From contig MNCI01000357.1 of NCBI GenBank assembly GCA_015680685.1, forward strand, positions 20,432 to 84,431: a stretch of 64,000 bases of DNA. Direction: 5' to 3'. The notes under the pieces are model-generated. The model was not told the origin of the DNA, searched no databases, and worked only from the letters and a program-made list of their open reading frames with translations. Positions 13,235 to 26,236 of the stretch are shown here, piece after piece; within the stretch, counting starts at the first letter, position 1, and every line of letters starts with the position of its first letter. This DNA is from Gnetum montanum (lineage: Eukaryota; Plantae; Gnetophyta). Position numbers and translations under genes: made by a program.

Positions 13235-16097
13235 TAAACAATCCTGGGCAGTGGAGGTTCTTGAGGTTTCAAAAGACCTTTGCTAGCTTCGGGCACATGT
13301 GATGGTTGAGGAGGCAGTGGTTGTCCTATTGGAGCTTCTACCTTTGGTGGAAGGTGAAAGGCATCTAGTAATGCCTTCATCTTCTCCTCCTTACTTCGAG
13401 GATCATTTACAATCCACCCAACATCACCAATGTGGGCTAAAATGGGGATATTCCATGGATAGGAGATTAATGGAAAAAGATCCTTGATGTTGATGAACCA
13501 AGTAGCAAATTATTTGCATTCGACATCAAACACCTTGACTACATTTTTTAGCTCTTGGTAGTCAACCATTCTTTTGACTAGCTTCCTCATAGTGGATCTT
13601 TGATTAGTATATTTTCCCTTGAGAATCTTGAGTTCAGCATTTCCCACTACAAGCTTTTACTTAGTGTCCTTGTGGTGCTTAAACTTGGCCTCGTACAAAA
13701 AGTATGAGCTAGTCACCTACATTTCTAGTTTTGATTATGATCATTTGATAATTAAAATAGCCAGGTTTGCATATAAGAGATTGGCAAGCTCCATGTATTT
13801 GGTCATCTTCTTTATCTACAACTCCTTCAAATGAATTTCTTCTTTACTGTATTGATCAATCCCATCAATGATGGGTTGCGATAATTCACATCCTTGTTGG
13901 AGTTGCTAGAGGGTCTCATTCACCTTTGCCTTTGCCACTTAAATGTGTTTCTCATTTATTTTCTTATGTAGGCTAACCTAGTCTCTATAGTGATTTTTAA
14001 CTCTCTCAAATTTTAGAGCCTTTGATTTCTAAGTGGCTGCTTCTATTGTAGTCTTTTGGGGAAAGGCACAAACCTCCTTCATGGAGAGTTTTTGTTTCTT
14101 ACCTACCAAGCTCCTTAAATCTATATTAGCTCTAGCTAGTTACTCCTATTGTTAATGGATAAAATTAATTAATTATTATTTATGTGCATCAACATTTCAT
14201 AGGAGATGATTTTTTGCTGTCAGCTAAACATTCTCTTTGCAAGTCAAATTCAAGGCCTTTTAAATTTTATGCTAGGTGGCCTCTATTAAGGATTGGTAGA
14301 ACACTACCATCTCCATCACACCATCAACTTCTTTCAACATAGTGTGAAGCTATTCAAGAGTTTCATCTCTTATTAATGCTAGGTTGAGAAATGTAGGGTC
14401 AATTATATAGGCTTTTAGTTTAGCAAATTCCATAGCTAGACATTCATTCAGCTCCATAGTTATTTTAAGTTATCCTTCCAAAATAATATTCTTACCCCTT
14501 ACCTATAGTAGCTCCGAATGGGTTGTAGTTATACTATCTGGAATGTCATAGACATCTAGAAGTGGTTTTACGGTTCCTACAAGTCAATCTAGCAGTTGTT
14601 CATGCTGTGTTGCACTTACTTTGTTATTTATGGTTCTTGTGGATGTCTGCAAATTTTTAAGTGTAGTAATGTCTAGTATAGATGCCATAGATGCATTGAG
14701 TGTCTCGAAGATTCTATCAGTAGCCATCTTTGTTATTATTTCTTGCCCTTGATGCTTTATCTCTAGTATTGTTGCCCCCTCACTTTCCTCCAAGTGCTTT
14801 GAAAAGGTTACAACATTCCCAGAAATCTCTAGGAATTGCTACTATTTTGAGAGAGATATTTTTACCTCTTTGGCACTAGGATTTGACCTTGTGGAAAACT
14901 ACATTGTTGGATAGAAAAAATGGATTCACCTTTTCTCATTTGGATGACTATTTAGACCACCTCATTTAGGTGACTTATCACGGGCTAGTACATAGATGGG
15001 TCTCCACCACTCATGCCTACCTATCGCTCTTGCTTACTCAAAAGCCATTCACAAAACTTGTGCAACCATTAAGATGCTGTAGCAATGTCTGAAACTATTC
15101 TCTGAGTGGCAAGTGGAAGTGGTAGCTACTACTCCTCTTCTTGGATTGTTATTGTAGGAGTTTTATCCTTCATCATCTCTACCCAATTAGTGGTTGGAAT
15201 GCATTGGATAACCTCATTAGTAGAGCGAGCTATTCCTCCCCTTTGACATAAGTTTTTGATGAGGCATGGAAAGGGAAGTTCCTTCCTTCCATGTTCATTC
15301 TCCTTGAACCACTTATCTATTTCTAGATAGATTAGCTATGGAATGTTGACCAAAAATTTTCCACTTAGAGCAGCACATGCATGGGCACAAAAGGCAGTGA
15401 TTTTGCTAGGCGTTACCATGGGATTTAGGTGAAAGGCCACAATCTTTTAATAGATTATTTCTACTAGTATGAGAGTTTCATACTCCTTAGAATCAACACC
15501 ATAGAATTGCTTAATCCATTCCTTTTTAATGTTGGGATCCACTTACATTGGAATCTCAACAAGATTCACCCTAATTATAGGCAACCCAAGTGCCTCTATA
15601 ATGGCTTTCACTGAGTAGGACATTGGAATGTCCTTGATCTTGATCATTGAACAAACCTAATTATTACTTCAAAATAGAAACATCTCTTCCATATACCACT
15701 CCTTATTGGAAGTGATAATTGTCCAAATGGGAGAGGTCTTTAGTTGGTCCTATAACTCTTTAGGTGCTTTTTTCAAGAAAGAGCTAAAGTTTAACTCTTG
15801 GAGTGCTATTTTCTAAACCTCCTTTGATCTGATTTGGTTTAGGTATGCTTTTGTCAAGGTTACCTTAAGGTTCCCTTGTTGATTTGGTGCCTCATCCCAG
15901 TGGGAATGTTCTATTTCTGCCACTGTTTCTAGAATTTGATGAATAGACTCCACTTTGGCCTCCTCCTTAAGAGGTCCGATAGCATGGGTTGCGATCAATT
16001 CTTCCTGGGCCTATTCTTGGCCCCTTCCTATTCTTGGTCATTTTTCCCTTGGTTGAGGTGGTCCTCCTTCTTGTGTGTGTTTGCCTCTTGGTGCCAT
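13235..16097 (-). pseudogene. Accessory ORF2 ('env-like', coiled-coil) of element B
   Basis: Minus-strand ATG at 16097 (MAPRGKH) and fragments 15813-15998 and 14584-14793. Homologous to 4213-6800. Confidence 0.72.
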
Positions 16098-18059
16098 ATA
16101 TGGTCATAACACATATGTGGATTAATAGATATAATGTGTAACTTAGAATATTTGGATATCTTATCTTGTTAATTAGTTATACTTCGCTATGATTGGACCA
16201 TGGTAGATTGATTATTTTATTTTATTAATTAATATTTTTTATTGTAAATGTCACTAGAGCTTGTTGGAGGGGTTTAACTCCTATAATTTGGTGTTTTAAT
16301 GTTAATTCCTTAGTTAAACCTTTGTGGGAGTTAGAAAAATGTTGAGAAATTTTCTTTAAAAAATTGCATGTTTGTGGCCCCCACGACTAAGAGCTTACCT
16401 TCGAGAGCTATAGGGTTGAAGAATGGAGTGATTTAGATAAATGGTTAGAAAGTGATGTGCTCTTAAAGGTTTTGGGCTCTAAAAACTACAAAAACTCCTT
16501 GGGCATTTGAGAGAAAATGTAAAAATTTCAAAGGGGATCACACACATATATAGGATTTTTGCATTGTGTCAATGGGGCTGCATATATAAGGCCATGTATA
16601 TGCATGGGATCTATAAACAAGGCCCCATTTATGGGGTTTATAAATGAAAATTTCAAATTGGAATATTTAAAAAATATAAGGAATTTTTGAATGAATTTGA
16701 GGTCTATGAAGTCCTAGAAAAGTTAAGAATATGATGAAATCATTGAAGAGGGTCTTTGAAAGTTCAAAAATTCAAAAAATTGATAGGAAATGTGTAAATT
16801 GAAGAAAATACTTAAAGGAGCACATAGTCGGATGTCGGAGATGGGTGCACAAAAGATTCTAATTGTAATAATGCCTAAGGATAAGGTGCTTTATGAATCC
16901 AACCAAGAGATATGCAAGTGGATCCTTCCCATAGCATGCACATGCCCTTTTTGCCCTTACATAACCTCAACCCAAGGAGTCCGTGGGCTCCATAGGTGAT
17001 TAATGGTTCATGAAAGTTAAGGACCAAAACTTGAAAGATTCTACCAAATAATTCAAGTACATCAGACAAAGATACCAAACAAGAACATGGACACTAATAG
17101 TGAGGTAAGTTATGGGCAACATCGATGGATGATGGAGAAGGTGGAATGGAGTTTGGAATTGAGGTTATAACAAGTCCCTTGTGAATTTGTATTTAAATGA
17201 CATGAGAAGATCCATCCTTAATCCAAACCAAAAGCAACCCCTTTTAGTAACATCACATTGCCACTCTAAGACTAATCCATCCCCTTGAGACACAAGAGTG
17301 ATCTCATAGAACAACCATCATTCCTTAAGGATAAGGAAAGGGAAGTAAGAAGTAAGAGAGGGCCTTAGTTAGCAAAGACCTTTAGGCATGGGTAACATGT
17401 CTTTCTAGTTCGATAACTAGTGCTTGTAGCCTGCTTATTTTTCTAAGGGGTGTGCTTTGAATTCCCACCTATATATATATATTACCATTTTTTTTTCTTT
17501 GTTTATTTTCTTCTTTTTTTTTCTCTTTTTTTTTTTGGATGGGAACCACACCATGCAAAGACTTATTTAACTTCCTATTTATGGTCAACATGGAATAGTA
17601 AGAAATCCATGAAAACACTCATGCACCCAAGTAAGTAGAAGAGTATAAAGAGTATTGAGTTCCCTTGCAAACCTTTAAATCCTTCCTAATTCTAGAAACC
17701 ATCAAGGTCACAAATTTATTGAATGTTTATTTAATAAAAGGGACCTCATATTTCCAAAACAAGAAAAACCAGAGAATTTTATGGATCGGTGGATGTCGTG
17801 GACTAACAACTTATTCCATGAAAAAGAAACCATGCCTTAGTTATTAGTACAAAAATATAAAAATAGAAACTAGACNTTGTAAAATAGAAAAAAGTTTTAA
17901 AATTAAAAAGTGTAAAATAAATAATTTACAAAAAATAAAAATGTGTAAAAAAAATAGAAAAAATAAGGAGCCACGTATATGATTAGCATGGATGGCCATC
18001 TCCTGCATGATTGATTTGGAAGGAGGAGGTCTAAAAAATTGAGCGTGGTTGTCCATACA

Positions 18060-20480
18060 TTAAAGTATTTGTTGTGCTAGCTCATTTGAGCTTGTGGAAA
18101 GGCTTTACCTGTTGGATGTTGATCAACTGCTTCTTGTCTAGGCTTTCAAGTTTATATATGATCATGATCCTAGAAGGAAAGGTTTCATTAATTATGTAAG
18201 GCCCCTCTCACATGTGTGGATTTCTAGTAGAGGGTCTTATCTCTAGGTTGAAGTTTGATCCTTCTAATTCTTATGTCATGTCATTATTTGTTGAATGCCT
18301 TATGTACTTCATTCAAAGACAAGGCTACTAATCAATTTTCAACTAGGAAATTTAGGTTGATCAGTCTTTGTTTCTGTGCTAGACTTAGGTCAAGGTCCAA
18401 GTCACAAGTTGTTGAGAGTGTACAGAGCTTAGATTGGATTGGGAGCATTGGAAGTTTTCCATACATGAACTTATAGGAAGAGTAGCCAATAGGAAGCTTC
18501 CATGTTAAATGGTAGGTCCAAAGTGCATCATTAAGTTTTGTGCTCTAATCACTCCTATATTTGTTAACAATTCTTGTTAGGATCTTTGTGATCTCCCAGT
18601 TAGTAACCACTACATAACCATTAGGTTGGGGATGATAGGGTGTTATTAATTTATGTTTAACCCCCAAGCATTGCATGAGTTTTTGAAAAGTGGTGCATGT
18701 GAAGTGTGTTCCATTGTTAGAAATTAGTGCACTTCTCACCCCAAACCTATTTACAATATGCTATTGTACAAATTAAGTAGCAATGGATGATGTGCAATCA
18801 ACAACAACTACTATTTAGCCCAGTTGGTACAGTAGTCAATGGCCATGATAATATAAGCCTTTTCGTTAGACATGGGTGTGATAGAACCCATGAAATCTAT
18901 GCTCCATATGTCAAAGGGTTCTAGTGGTTGAATCCACTATTAAGGATCCTCCATTCGTGCAATCATCCCACCATCACATTAATAGCATTCATAGGATTAG
19001 ACAAACTAGTGGACATCCCTAAATATTATGAGCCAATAGTATACTACCACTAGGATTTTTATGGCCATGCATCTGCCTACATAGTGACCTCTACAAGGGC
19101 CTTCATGAGCATCTTGAAGAATGTGTAATTGATCTACATCAGGGACACTCCAATGAACCAAGCCATTGGTACACACCTTGTAAAGGTGTCCATTGATTTC
19201 CATGAAGTGATTAGCTCGATGTAGAAATTGTAGTTTCATTTTGTAGTCCAGATTTTGTGGGATTTCTTAACTGTGAAAGTAATGGAGGATGCCATTATAT
19301 CATTTGAATCCTATGGGTATCTATTGATTAATTGTACTAGCAAATAGGAGTTCATCTAGGACTTGATCAAAAAGTGGGCTCTCCTCCTCTTTGTCATCCC
19401 ATAGTAATTAAGAGAGATAGTCAACAACCACATTCTCAATTCCCTTTTGATCTACCATTATGAGATTGAATTTCTAGACGATCACAAGCCACCATATGAC
19501 ATGCAAGCTTATCACTAGCTTATTTATTAGGAAGCAGATGACACTATGATTAGTGTACAAAAACACTTTATATCCAAGCACATAGTGGCTAAACTTTTCC
19601 AGAGCATACACCACCACCATTAGTTCTTTCTTTATGGTGGTGTAATTGAGCTATGCACCCACAATGCTTCAGTTTGCATAGTGGATATAATGTGGACATT
19701 TTTGGTTGTCCAACTACATAAGCATAGTTCCCAAGGTGTAATTAAATGCATTTATCATGTTATGCAATGATTTGAACTAATATTGTGCTCATAGAATTGG
19801 AGTTTCTATGAGTTTTTCCTTCAATTGTTGAAATGCATGTTCACATTCCTTGGTCCAAACAAATAGAGGATCCTTCTTTATCAGTTTGACTAATGGTTTT
19901 GTAATCTTAGAGAAATTCTCTATAAATCACTAATAGTAACTAATGTGTTCAAGAAATGATCGAATATCTTTTATAGTTTTTGGTCGACCGGTGATTTCTT
20001 GGATGACCCTTATCTTTTCAATGTCTAACTCAATACCTTGCTATGAAAATTTGTGCCCTAATACAATGCCTTTTTGGATCATGAGATGGCTCTTTTTCCA
20101 ATTGAGTTATAGGTTTTTTTTTCATACATCTTTTGAGTACTTGCTCAAGGCAGTCCAAAGCTTTCTCAAATGTAGTGCCATAAGTGGAGAAGTCATCCAT
20201 AAAGGCTTCCACTCCACTATTGATTTGTTGTTGAAAGATGCTACTGATTTATCATAATGTCTTCTACTAGTCCCAATGGAATAGTAATGGACTGGTCTAC
20301 CAATGCTAATAAGATATTATTCTTTTTGAGAGGCAGCAAGTTCTAGGTAGTATACAACTCATGAGAAATTAGGTTAATATTGAAAGCTAAATCAAGAAGA
20401 GCTTTACATGGTTCATTCCCAAAAATCTATAAATAGATAAGTGGACTCCTAGGACTAGCTAATTTCCTAGGAAGTTTGCT
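18060..20480 (-). pseudogene. Element B pol: protease N-part fused by deletion to RT C-half, then RNase H and integrase
   Basis: KALLDL...LALVDQSITIPLGLVEDI (PR) is followed immediately by VEAFMDDFSTYG (RT). Then NYTTIKKEL.VVVYALEKF (RH), HEGPCRGHY, WSIDFMG and LITPYHPQPNG (INT). Confidence 0.92.
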
Positions 20481-20499
20481 AGCCTAAACCCAATTAAAT

Positions 20500-23050
20500 G
20501 TGACATGAGTGAGCATAACAATATGGATTTTGGATAACATTTGGTTTGAATGGTTCTTGATGGAATAGTTTGTAGAGGATGAGGTAGGAGTAGGATGTTT
20601 AGTTACCTAAGTTTGTGAGGGCTTAGTAGGGTTGTTGGATTAGAAAAATGATTGTTTATGAGCTTGAGGTTTTGAACTAGTGAGTTGATTAGTCGATTTT
20701 AGATTAATAGCCCTAGTAGCATTACGTTACTATGACTAGGCTAGAAGTTCATCCTGCATGGATGAAGCAGGCGGTAGCTATGTTAAGGGTGGAGGAATAG
20801 ATGCAAGAATAGGATTAGAATAAGGATGGAATGTGGTATTCCTCCTGGAATGTGGAGAATGAGTTATATAGTATTCAAGAGGATAGTAGTGATGTTGGAA
20901 AGGAGAAATGTGACTAGAAGAGTCATGTGGAGACATGGGTTGCTAGATGTAATACCCATATGGATTTGGTTGTCTATAAGGGTACTACTACCTTGGTGAA
21001 GGTAGTGCTCATGATTGTGGTTGCTCCCACAGTTGATACTACTCTTATGATTATGGTGGAGTTCCATTTGGATAATATTGTTGTTGTTGATGGAACTACC
21101 TTGGATTATCTTGAACATAAGGAATCTTCTCAATGTTTATCTTTTTGCTAGTCATGGATTCAGAGCATACATCCCAGACTCTTGTCAGTGTGACATGATG
21201 GGGAAACATCCCTTAGGATGTTCATATTGGTAGATTTCACATCCACCATAATCATCTGATTCAGTTTCCACAACTTCCTCTATTGTAGAAATCTGGTCCT
21301 TACCCCTTTGATTGGCACGTTTAGCTCTCTTTCATCTTCTATGATCACAATTACTACTTTATTCTTTGGACTCTTTAACAATTTTTAGAATAGCTTCAAA
21401 TTTACTATCTATAGAGTTCAACAACTAGTCTAACTTAGCTAAAATTTTAGAGGTAAACTTTTGAATTGGTAAGATTTTTCAATTCACCATCTCATCAAGT
21501 GGTGATTTCTCTTCGCTATCATAAAATTGGACCTTCCTATTGTGAATAGAAGGATCTTAGTTGTATTCTTTTACTTTTTCATGTTTCCTCAATTCTCCTT
21601 CTTCTTTTGCTACCTACTTTATCAACCTTTGGATCTGATGGGCTCTTAATTCTAATAGTCTTCCTTAGGCATAGATCCCAAGAGTTCTTCTCATTTTAGA
21701 GTAAAGCCCATCTATGATGTGCCAAAGTTGTTCTTGCTAAGAGTAACCATGGTTAGGGCATCAATGTAATATGGAATAATATCTACCCATGATGGCACCA
21801 AGGACTCATGTATTCCTTGCTTCCAACCTTGGATCTGCCTTCTCAGATTAGACACTCAAGAGTATGTTTGACACTTATCATTAAATAGTTCAAGCATCAT
21901 AATCCATCTACAGATTAATTTTGGCTCCAAGAACTAGTACAAGCTTTCTACTTCTTTGATGAGTATCTTGGGAAACAACTTAAGCTTTTACTAGACATTT
22001 TCTATGTTTTGTAAGCACAAGAATTATGAAAATCCTAAAGATGATTTTGTGGATTGGAGTTATATCCCCCTCAAACTTGGAGATGTTATTCATATCCAAT
22101 TGCTAGATCCTGATATCTTTCATGTGCCTTGTTAGAATTCTTACTGCCTCTACAGTGTTTAGCATGCTTTGGGTGTTGAGCAAAGGCTCATCATATCCAT
22201 GATCCTAGTGCTTATGATGTCCTCTGCTACCCCTTCTCTCATGGTATTAGGTCTCTCTTGAATGTCCACACTCTGGATCTCAACTTGCTTGGTAGTCCCT
22301 ACAATCATCTTAGTCCCATTGGTCATCTCCATCACAATCGCATTCCTTGCAGTTACATTTGAAGCTAGAAGAGGAAAAAGATGATGATGAAGATGAAGAT
22401 GAAGATGAAGAGGAAGAGGAAGGAGGACTAGCATCATCACCATGCCTACTAGTCCCTCTTTGATGGTTGTGGTCAAGATCATGATCATTATACTTACTCA
22501 CATTTTTACCATGGCTCTCCTCTTTGGATCTCCCTTTGTCATGGAATTTGTTCTTGCTAGAACTAGGATTATGTATCATGGGCTACAAGTTTGGCTTTGA
22601 CCTCCTTCATTGAGGTCAAAGAGAGAAGTCTCTCTATATAAAAGATCCCTAGAGAAGGGTTCTCCATCATCTTTTTGGTACATCAGGAATGGGAAATCAT
22701 TAGACCACTTCTCCTTCATAGACTTGTAATGCTACTCTAGTTGTCAATCTCTCAGATGTTGTGCATTGGTTGGGTGATAATCCCTAATGTCACTATCCTA
22801 CACAAAATATTTAGCATGAAGCCCTTGGATGCCCAACCACATGAGAGTTTGGTGAAGCATTATAGGAATGGATCGATTGGATGGCAACACAATATTTCCC
22901 TCCATGTTTTGCCACCACAGTTGTTCATCTTGGTGTAGGACGAAGGTGAAATTGGGTACATACTCATCAGGATGAGCATATATCACTCTATATTATTGGG
23001 CCACCTACTGATTTACTCCATCAAACTTGGGTAGAGAATAACTCTTGTGA
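20500..23050 (-). pseudogene. Element B gag region (decayed), with a Ser-rich low-complexity tract
   Basis: Lies between the PBS and the protease. ISKFEGDITP.. and FPKIL..VESLY.F..PKLI are gag-like segments. ORF 22310-22579 carries poly-Ser. Confidence 0.7.
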
Positions 23051-23204
23051 GAAGAATAAATCTTGTGTTAGAAGATAAGAAATGTAGTGTGCTTTCTTAT
23101 AATTATTGTAGTTATTTTGATGTATGATATGACTTTAGGATTTATTCCAATGATGTTAAATAATTTTTCACTAAGTCCTAGATAGTGAACATAACAAACT
23201 AAAG

Positions 23205-23224
23205 AGTCCTCAGTAATGGTGCCA
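23205..23224 (-). promoter_or_regulatory. Primer-binding site, Athila/tRNA-Asp type (CpG-decayed)
   Basis: Minus-strand TGGCACCATTACTGAGGA abuts the LTR and differs from the Athila-type TGGCGCCGTTGCCGGGGA only by transitions. Confidence 0.8.
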
Positions 23225-23225
23225 A

Positions 23226-23712
23226 TGATGAGTGACAACTATACCCTACACCCAACCATACAAATTACAAGTGTTCACATGCCATCTAGTTGAATTCCAT
23301 AGACCTTAAGTTCCAAAGTACACTAGTTCCAAGAAGTGAAATCTAATCATGATGATTGTTGTCTTCCCAACTACACTTGTGAAGCTTAGTTGTATGGTTA
23401 AGTGCAATTGGGGCACATGATTTTTATTATTTTATATTTTATTCACCTATGATTTAAGTTGAAACTCAATTCATTAACCAATTTAACTAATTTAATTGCT
23501 AATTAATAATTAACTATCCTAACATAAGCATTTGGTCGCACTTTCTATACACATCTTGAACGCATACAACATAGCTGGGTTACCATGTGTTAAGAATTGT
23601 TGGGATTACCAAGTGCTGTATGTTATGCTCAAAGCGGTCATACTTATGTGTTTAATATATTTAGCTTAATTAGTTAATCAATTAAAGTCTTACTTATCTT
23701 AATTAATCATCA
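23226..23712 (-). repeat. 5' LTR of element B, truncated or internally deleted (~490 bp)
   Basis: Roughly 85-90% identical by eye to 12092-12575. Alignment stops at ~23707 and is followed by TCATCA. Confidence 0.88.
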
Positions 23713-25217
23713 TGGACAAAGATTGACTTAGCACCATTGATGCTCACCTAGGAATCCAAGACCCCTTTTAGAGATTGCCAAGGAGATTAAACATGGTATG
23801 GTAAAGAAGTGAAAAATTTCATGCATTACTTATGATGATAAAGGATGCAATTATGAGCCAATAGTTCAAGTGTTAACATGATTACTATTCCAGCCCACAA
23901 CAAACTTGAATAATAAGTATGTATGCAAAAAAAATATACACAATAGTTACTACAGTAAAATATATCTAATGATTAGAAAATGATTGTGCCAAACATTTGA
24001 AAGCATGCATGAAACATCCAACACATTTATTAGCTCTTATCTTAAGAAAATGAACCAAATAAAGAACTTAAAAAAGGACTTTCTACATGTTTATCATACA
24101 CCAAAGGAAAGTGTTGAATAAGAAGATCCAAAAATTGAAATTAAAAATAAAGAAAAAAACATATCTATACCCTCTTAAGTAGAAATTCCTTCTAGCATAG
24201 TTGGGTATATGTCTCTAAATTATTGAAACCTGATTATAATTAATGTTAAATTGGCTAACAAGAGAAAGCATAAATTACTAAAGATCATAAATAAGAAACC
24301 TATGGTGTATGATCTAGGGAATTTGCAATCCATTTTTCAAATGCTCATTCATGTGTTTAGTCATGGGGGAGATGTTCCACCTTGAATCAAAAATTGATAA
24401 GTGCATTTTCACTTTTTGTTTTACAATTTTTTTATCATTTTTATATTTTTAACATCTTTTCTAATGTTTTACTATTTTTGTATTTCTTCAAAATTTTTCA
24501 ATTCTTAATATGTTTTACTTTTTGTTTTTTTCTTTCTTTATAATTTTATATTTTCTTAAGTTATTTTATTTATGCTTTATAGATATTTATTATATTTTTT
24601 TTAACAATATTTCTAGTCATGATGTAGAAATCAATATCATGTTTTTGGATTTTTCCCTATGCTATCAAGATGTTAGGTAGATAATTATGTAAAGTAGTGA
24701 GACCACATCATTCATCACTCTAATTATTATAAGTAAGAGGTTTTCATCATAAAAGCAATTTGGTTCTTCTTATATGAAACTAAAATTAACTCATGATCAT
24801 TATACCTTGAAGAAAAGGGGAAGGATTAAGAGGGAATGGAAAATGATATGATTCATGGGAATTCACTTGTTCTTTGTAGTACCTCTATGGGTTTTATTAG
24901 TTCATGTGATTGTATCTTTACCCATGTTTTAATTTTTATGAAAGTATATTCTCAAATAAGTGTTATCTTACTATTTCACTAGAAAGACATGTTACACATG
25001 CCTAATGGTAGTCCTCTAGTAAGAAGAGCATAATCATTGATAGGGGTACTATCGGTTTTCGACCAATGGGATTTAGCATATGGAATGCAATGCTATTTGG
25101 TTATAAGCTTTGAAGATAATGTTGAGTGGATTTCCAAGAACACTTGTGTATATCATTGGATTTAAGATATATAAAGAAATTATAATACATGTAATACAAT
25201 TAAAACCTATGTTTCCA
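23713..25217 (+). mobile_element. Third Athila-family internal fragment (ORF end, then post-pol spacer)
   Basis: tcatggggga plus a T-rich tract at 24361 matches 1441. cactagaaagacatgttacacatgcctaa at 24977 matches 2127 and the reverse complement of ~17385-17408. Confidence 0.7.
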
Positions 25218-26236
25218 TGATAAGGAAGATAAAAAAGTATTTATAATTTTTATGAATATAAGAATAAAACAAACATAAACACACATGCATTGCTATCATT
25301 ATGGAGATAGGCACAATGCTCTTATTACAATCCCTCTTGGGAACAAGTGCAACACATATGAAATGCAATAAAAATTACTCTTAGTTATAACCTTGATGGC
25401 TTAACATCATTTCATATAGTTATGACCTCCTTGGGCAAGAAATGAATTGTCATAACTTAATTAAATAGAAATTAAATAAATATTTTTGTTCTTTTTATGT
25501 TTAAGACATGGATAATAAAACAAGAAAAAATCATGAGCTTTATTCATCATGAAAATACTGGAATAGATTAACCAAATGGTTCTAGGCTACGTAAGCAAAG
25601 TAGCTCTTTAACAAAGTCTATTCGTACTTGTGAAAGCAACAATCAAAACATACTCAAGACAAGAAAAGTAATTAAATTACCTAATAAAGGAAGAGATCTT
25701 CACACAAATCGAATGAAAAAGTCCAAATGAAATAAGAGTTATGCCTATGTTGTATGTGAAATATCATCTTGGATATTTATAGTTTTTATGAAGAAACAAA
25801 TGAGGTTCATCAATGTCTAGGCATCAATAAATGTCCATCAACATATCCTTGATTAATCAAAATGCACTTTGAGAAATTTAGCCAAAATTTGGGTAAGTAG
25901 GAGGTGCACTAATTCCTCTATGCTAATACAAGCTAGTTAGTGCATTCCCACCTCCCCTTAAGAAAATCACACTTTGTATACTAGCTTCTTAATGAAAGAA
26001 AAAACTTGAGGGAGCATGTTTAAGGGACCATAGGATATCCAAATGAAACTAAAATCTTTCTAAGAACCTTGGAATTATGCACACAATTTTAAAGGATGAC
26101 ATAGAAGGCTAGGGCACATTTTAAGAGACCAAGAACCTCAATAAAACATGCTAAACTATAAACACATGACATATGAAATACATCCTAAATCCAAGGCTTA
26201 AAATTGACATACAGATTGCCATTGGATGCCTTATCA
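25218..26236 (-). repeat. 3' LTR of LTR element D (~1019 bp)
   Basis: Perfect 8-bp inverted termini TGATAAGG/CCTTATCA, adjacent minus-strand PPT atgggggaa at 26237-26245, and a TATA-like ctataaata on the minus strand at ~25775. Confidence 0.75.

Larger units (their letters stand above)
12092..23712 (-). mobile_element. Element B: near-complete degenerate Athila-like Ty3/Gypsy element (5' LTR, PBS, gag, PR, deletion, RT, RH, INT, spacer, ORF2, PPT, 3' LTR)
   Basis: Two closely similar LTRs (12092-12997 and 23226-23712), PBS and PPT in the expected positions, and all pol domains recognisable in minus-strand frames. Confidence 0.92.

Noticed and set aside
17876-17876. Single N base
   Set aside because: Assembly ambiguity in an A-rich spacer. 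Element B stays colinear across it.
22159-22579. His-rich or Ser-rich ORFs as novel proteins
   Set aside because: Overlapping frames across a GAT/GAA microsatellite-like tract inside gag of element B.
12086-23717. TSD for element B (catgg at 12086-12090 and 23711-23715)
   Set aside because: It is out of register with the TG..CA termini, and the right flank does not continue CRM pol, so it is not accepted as a TSD.
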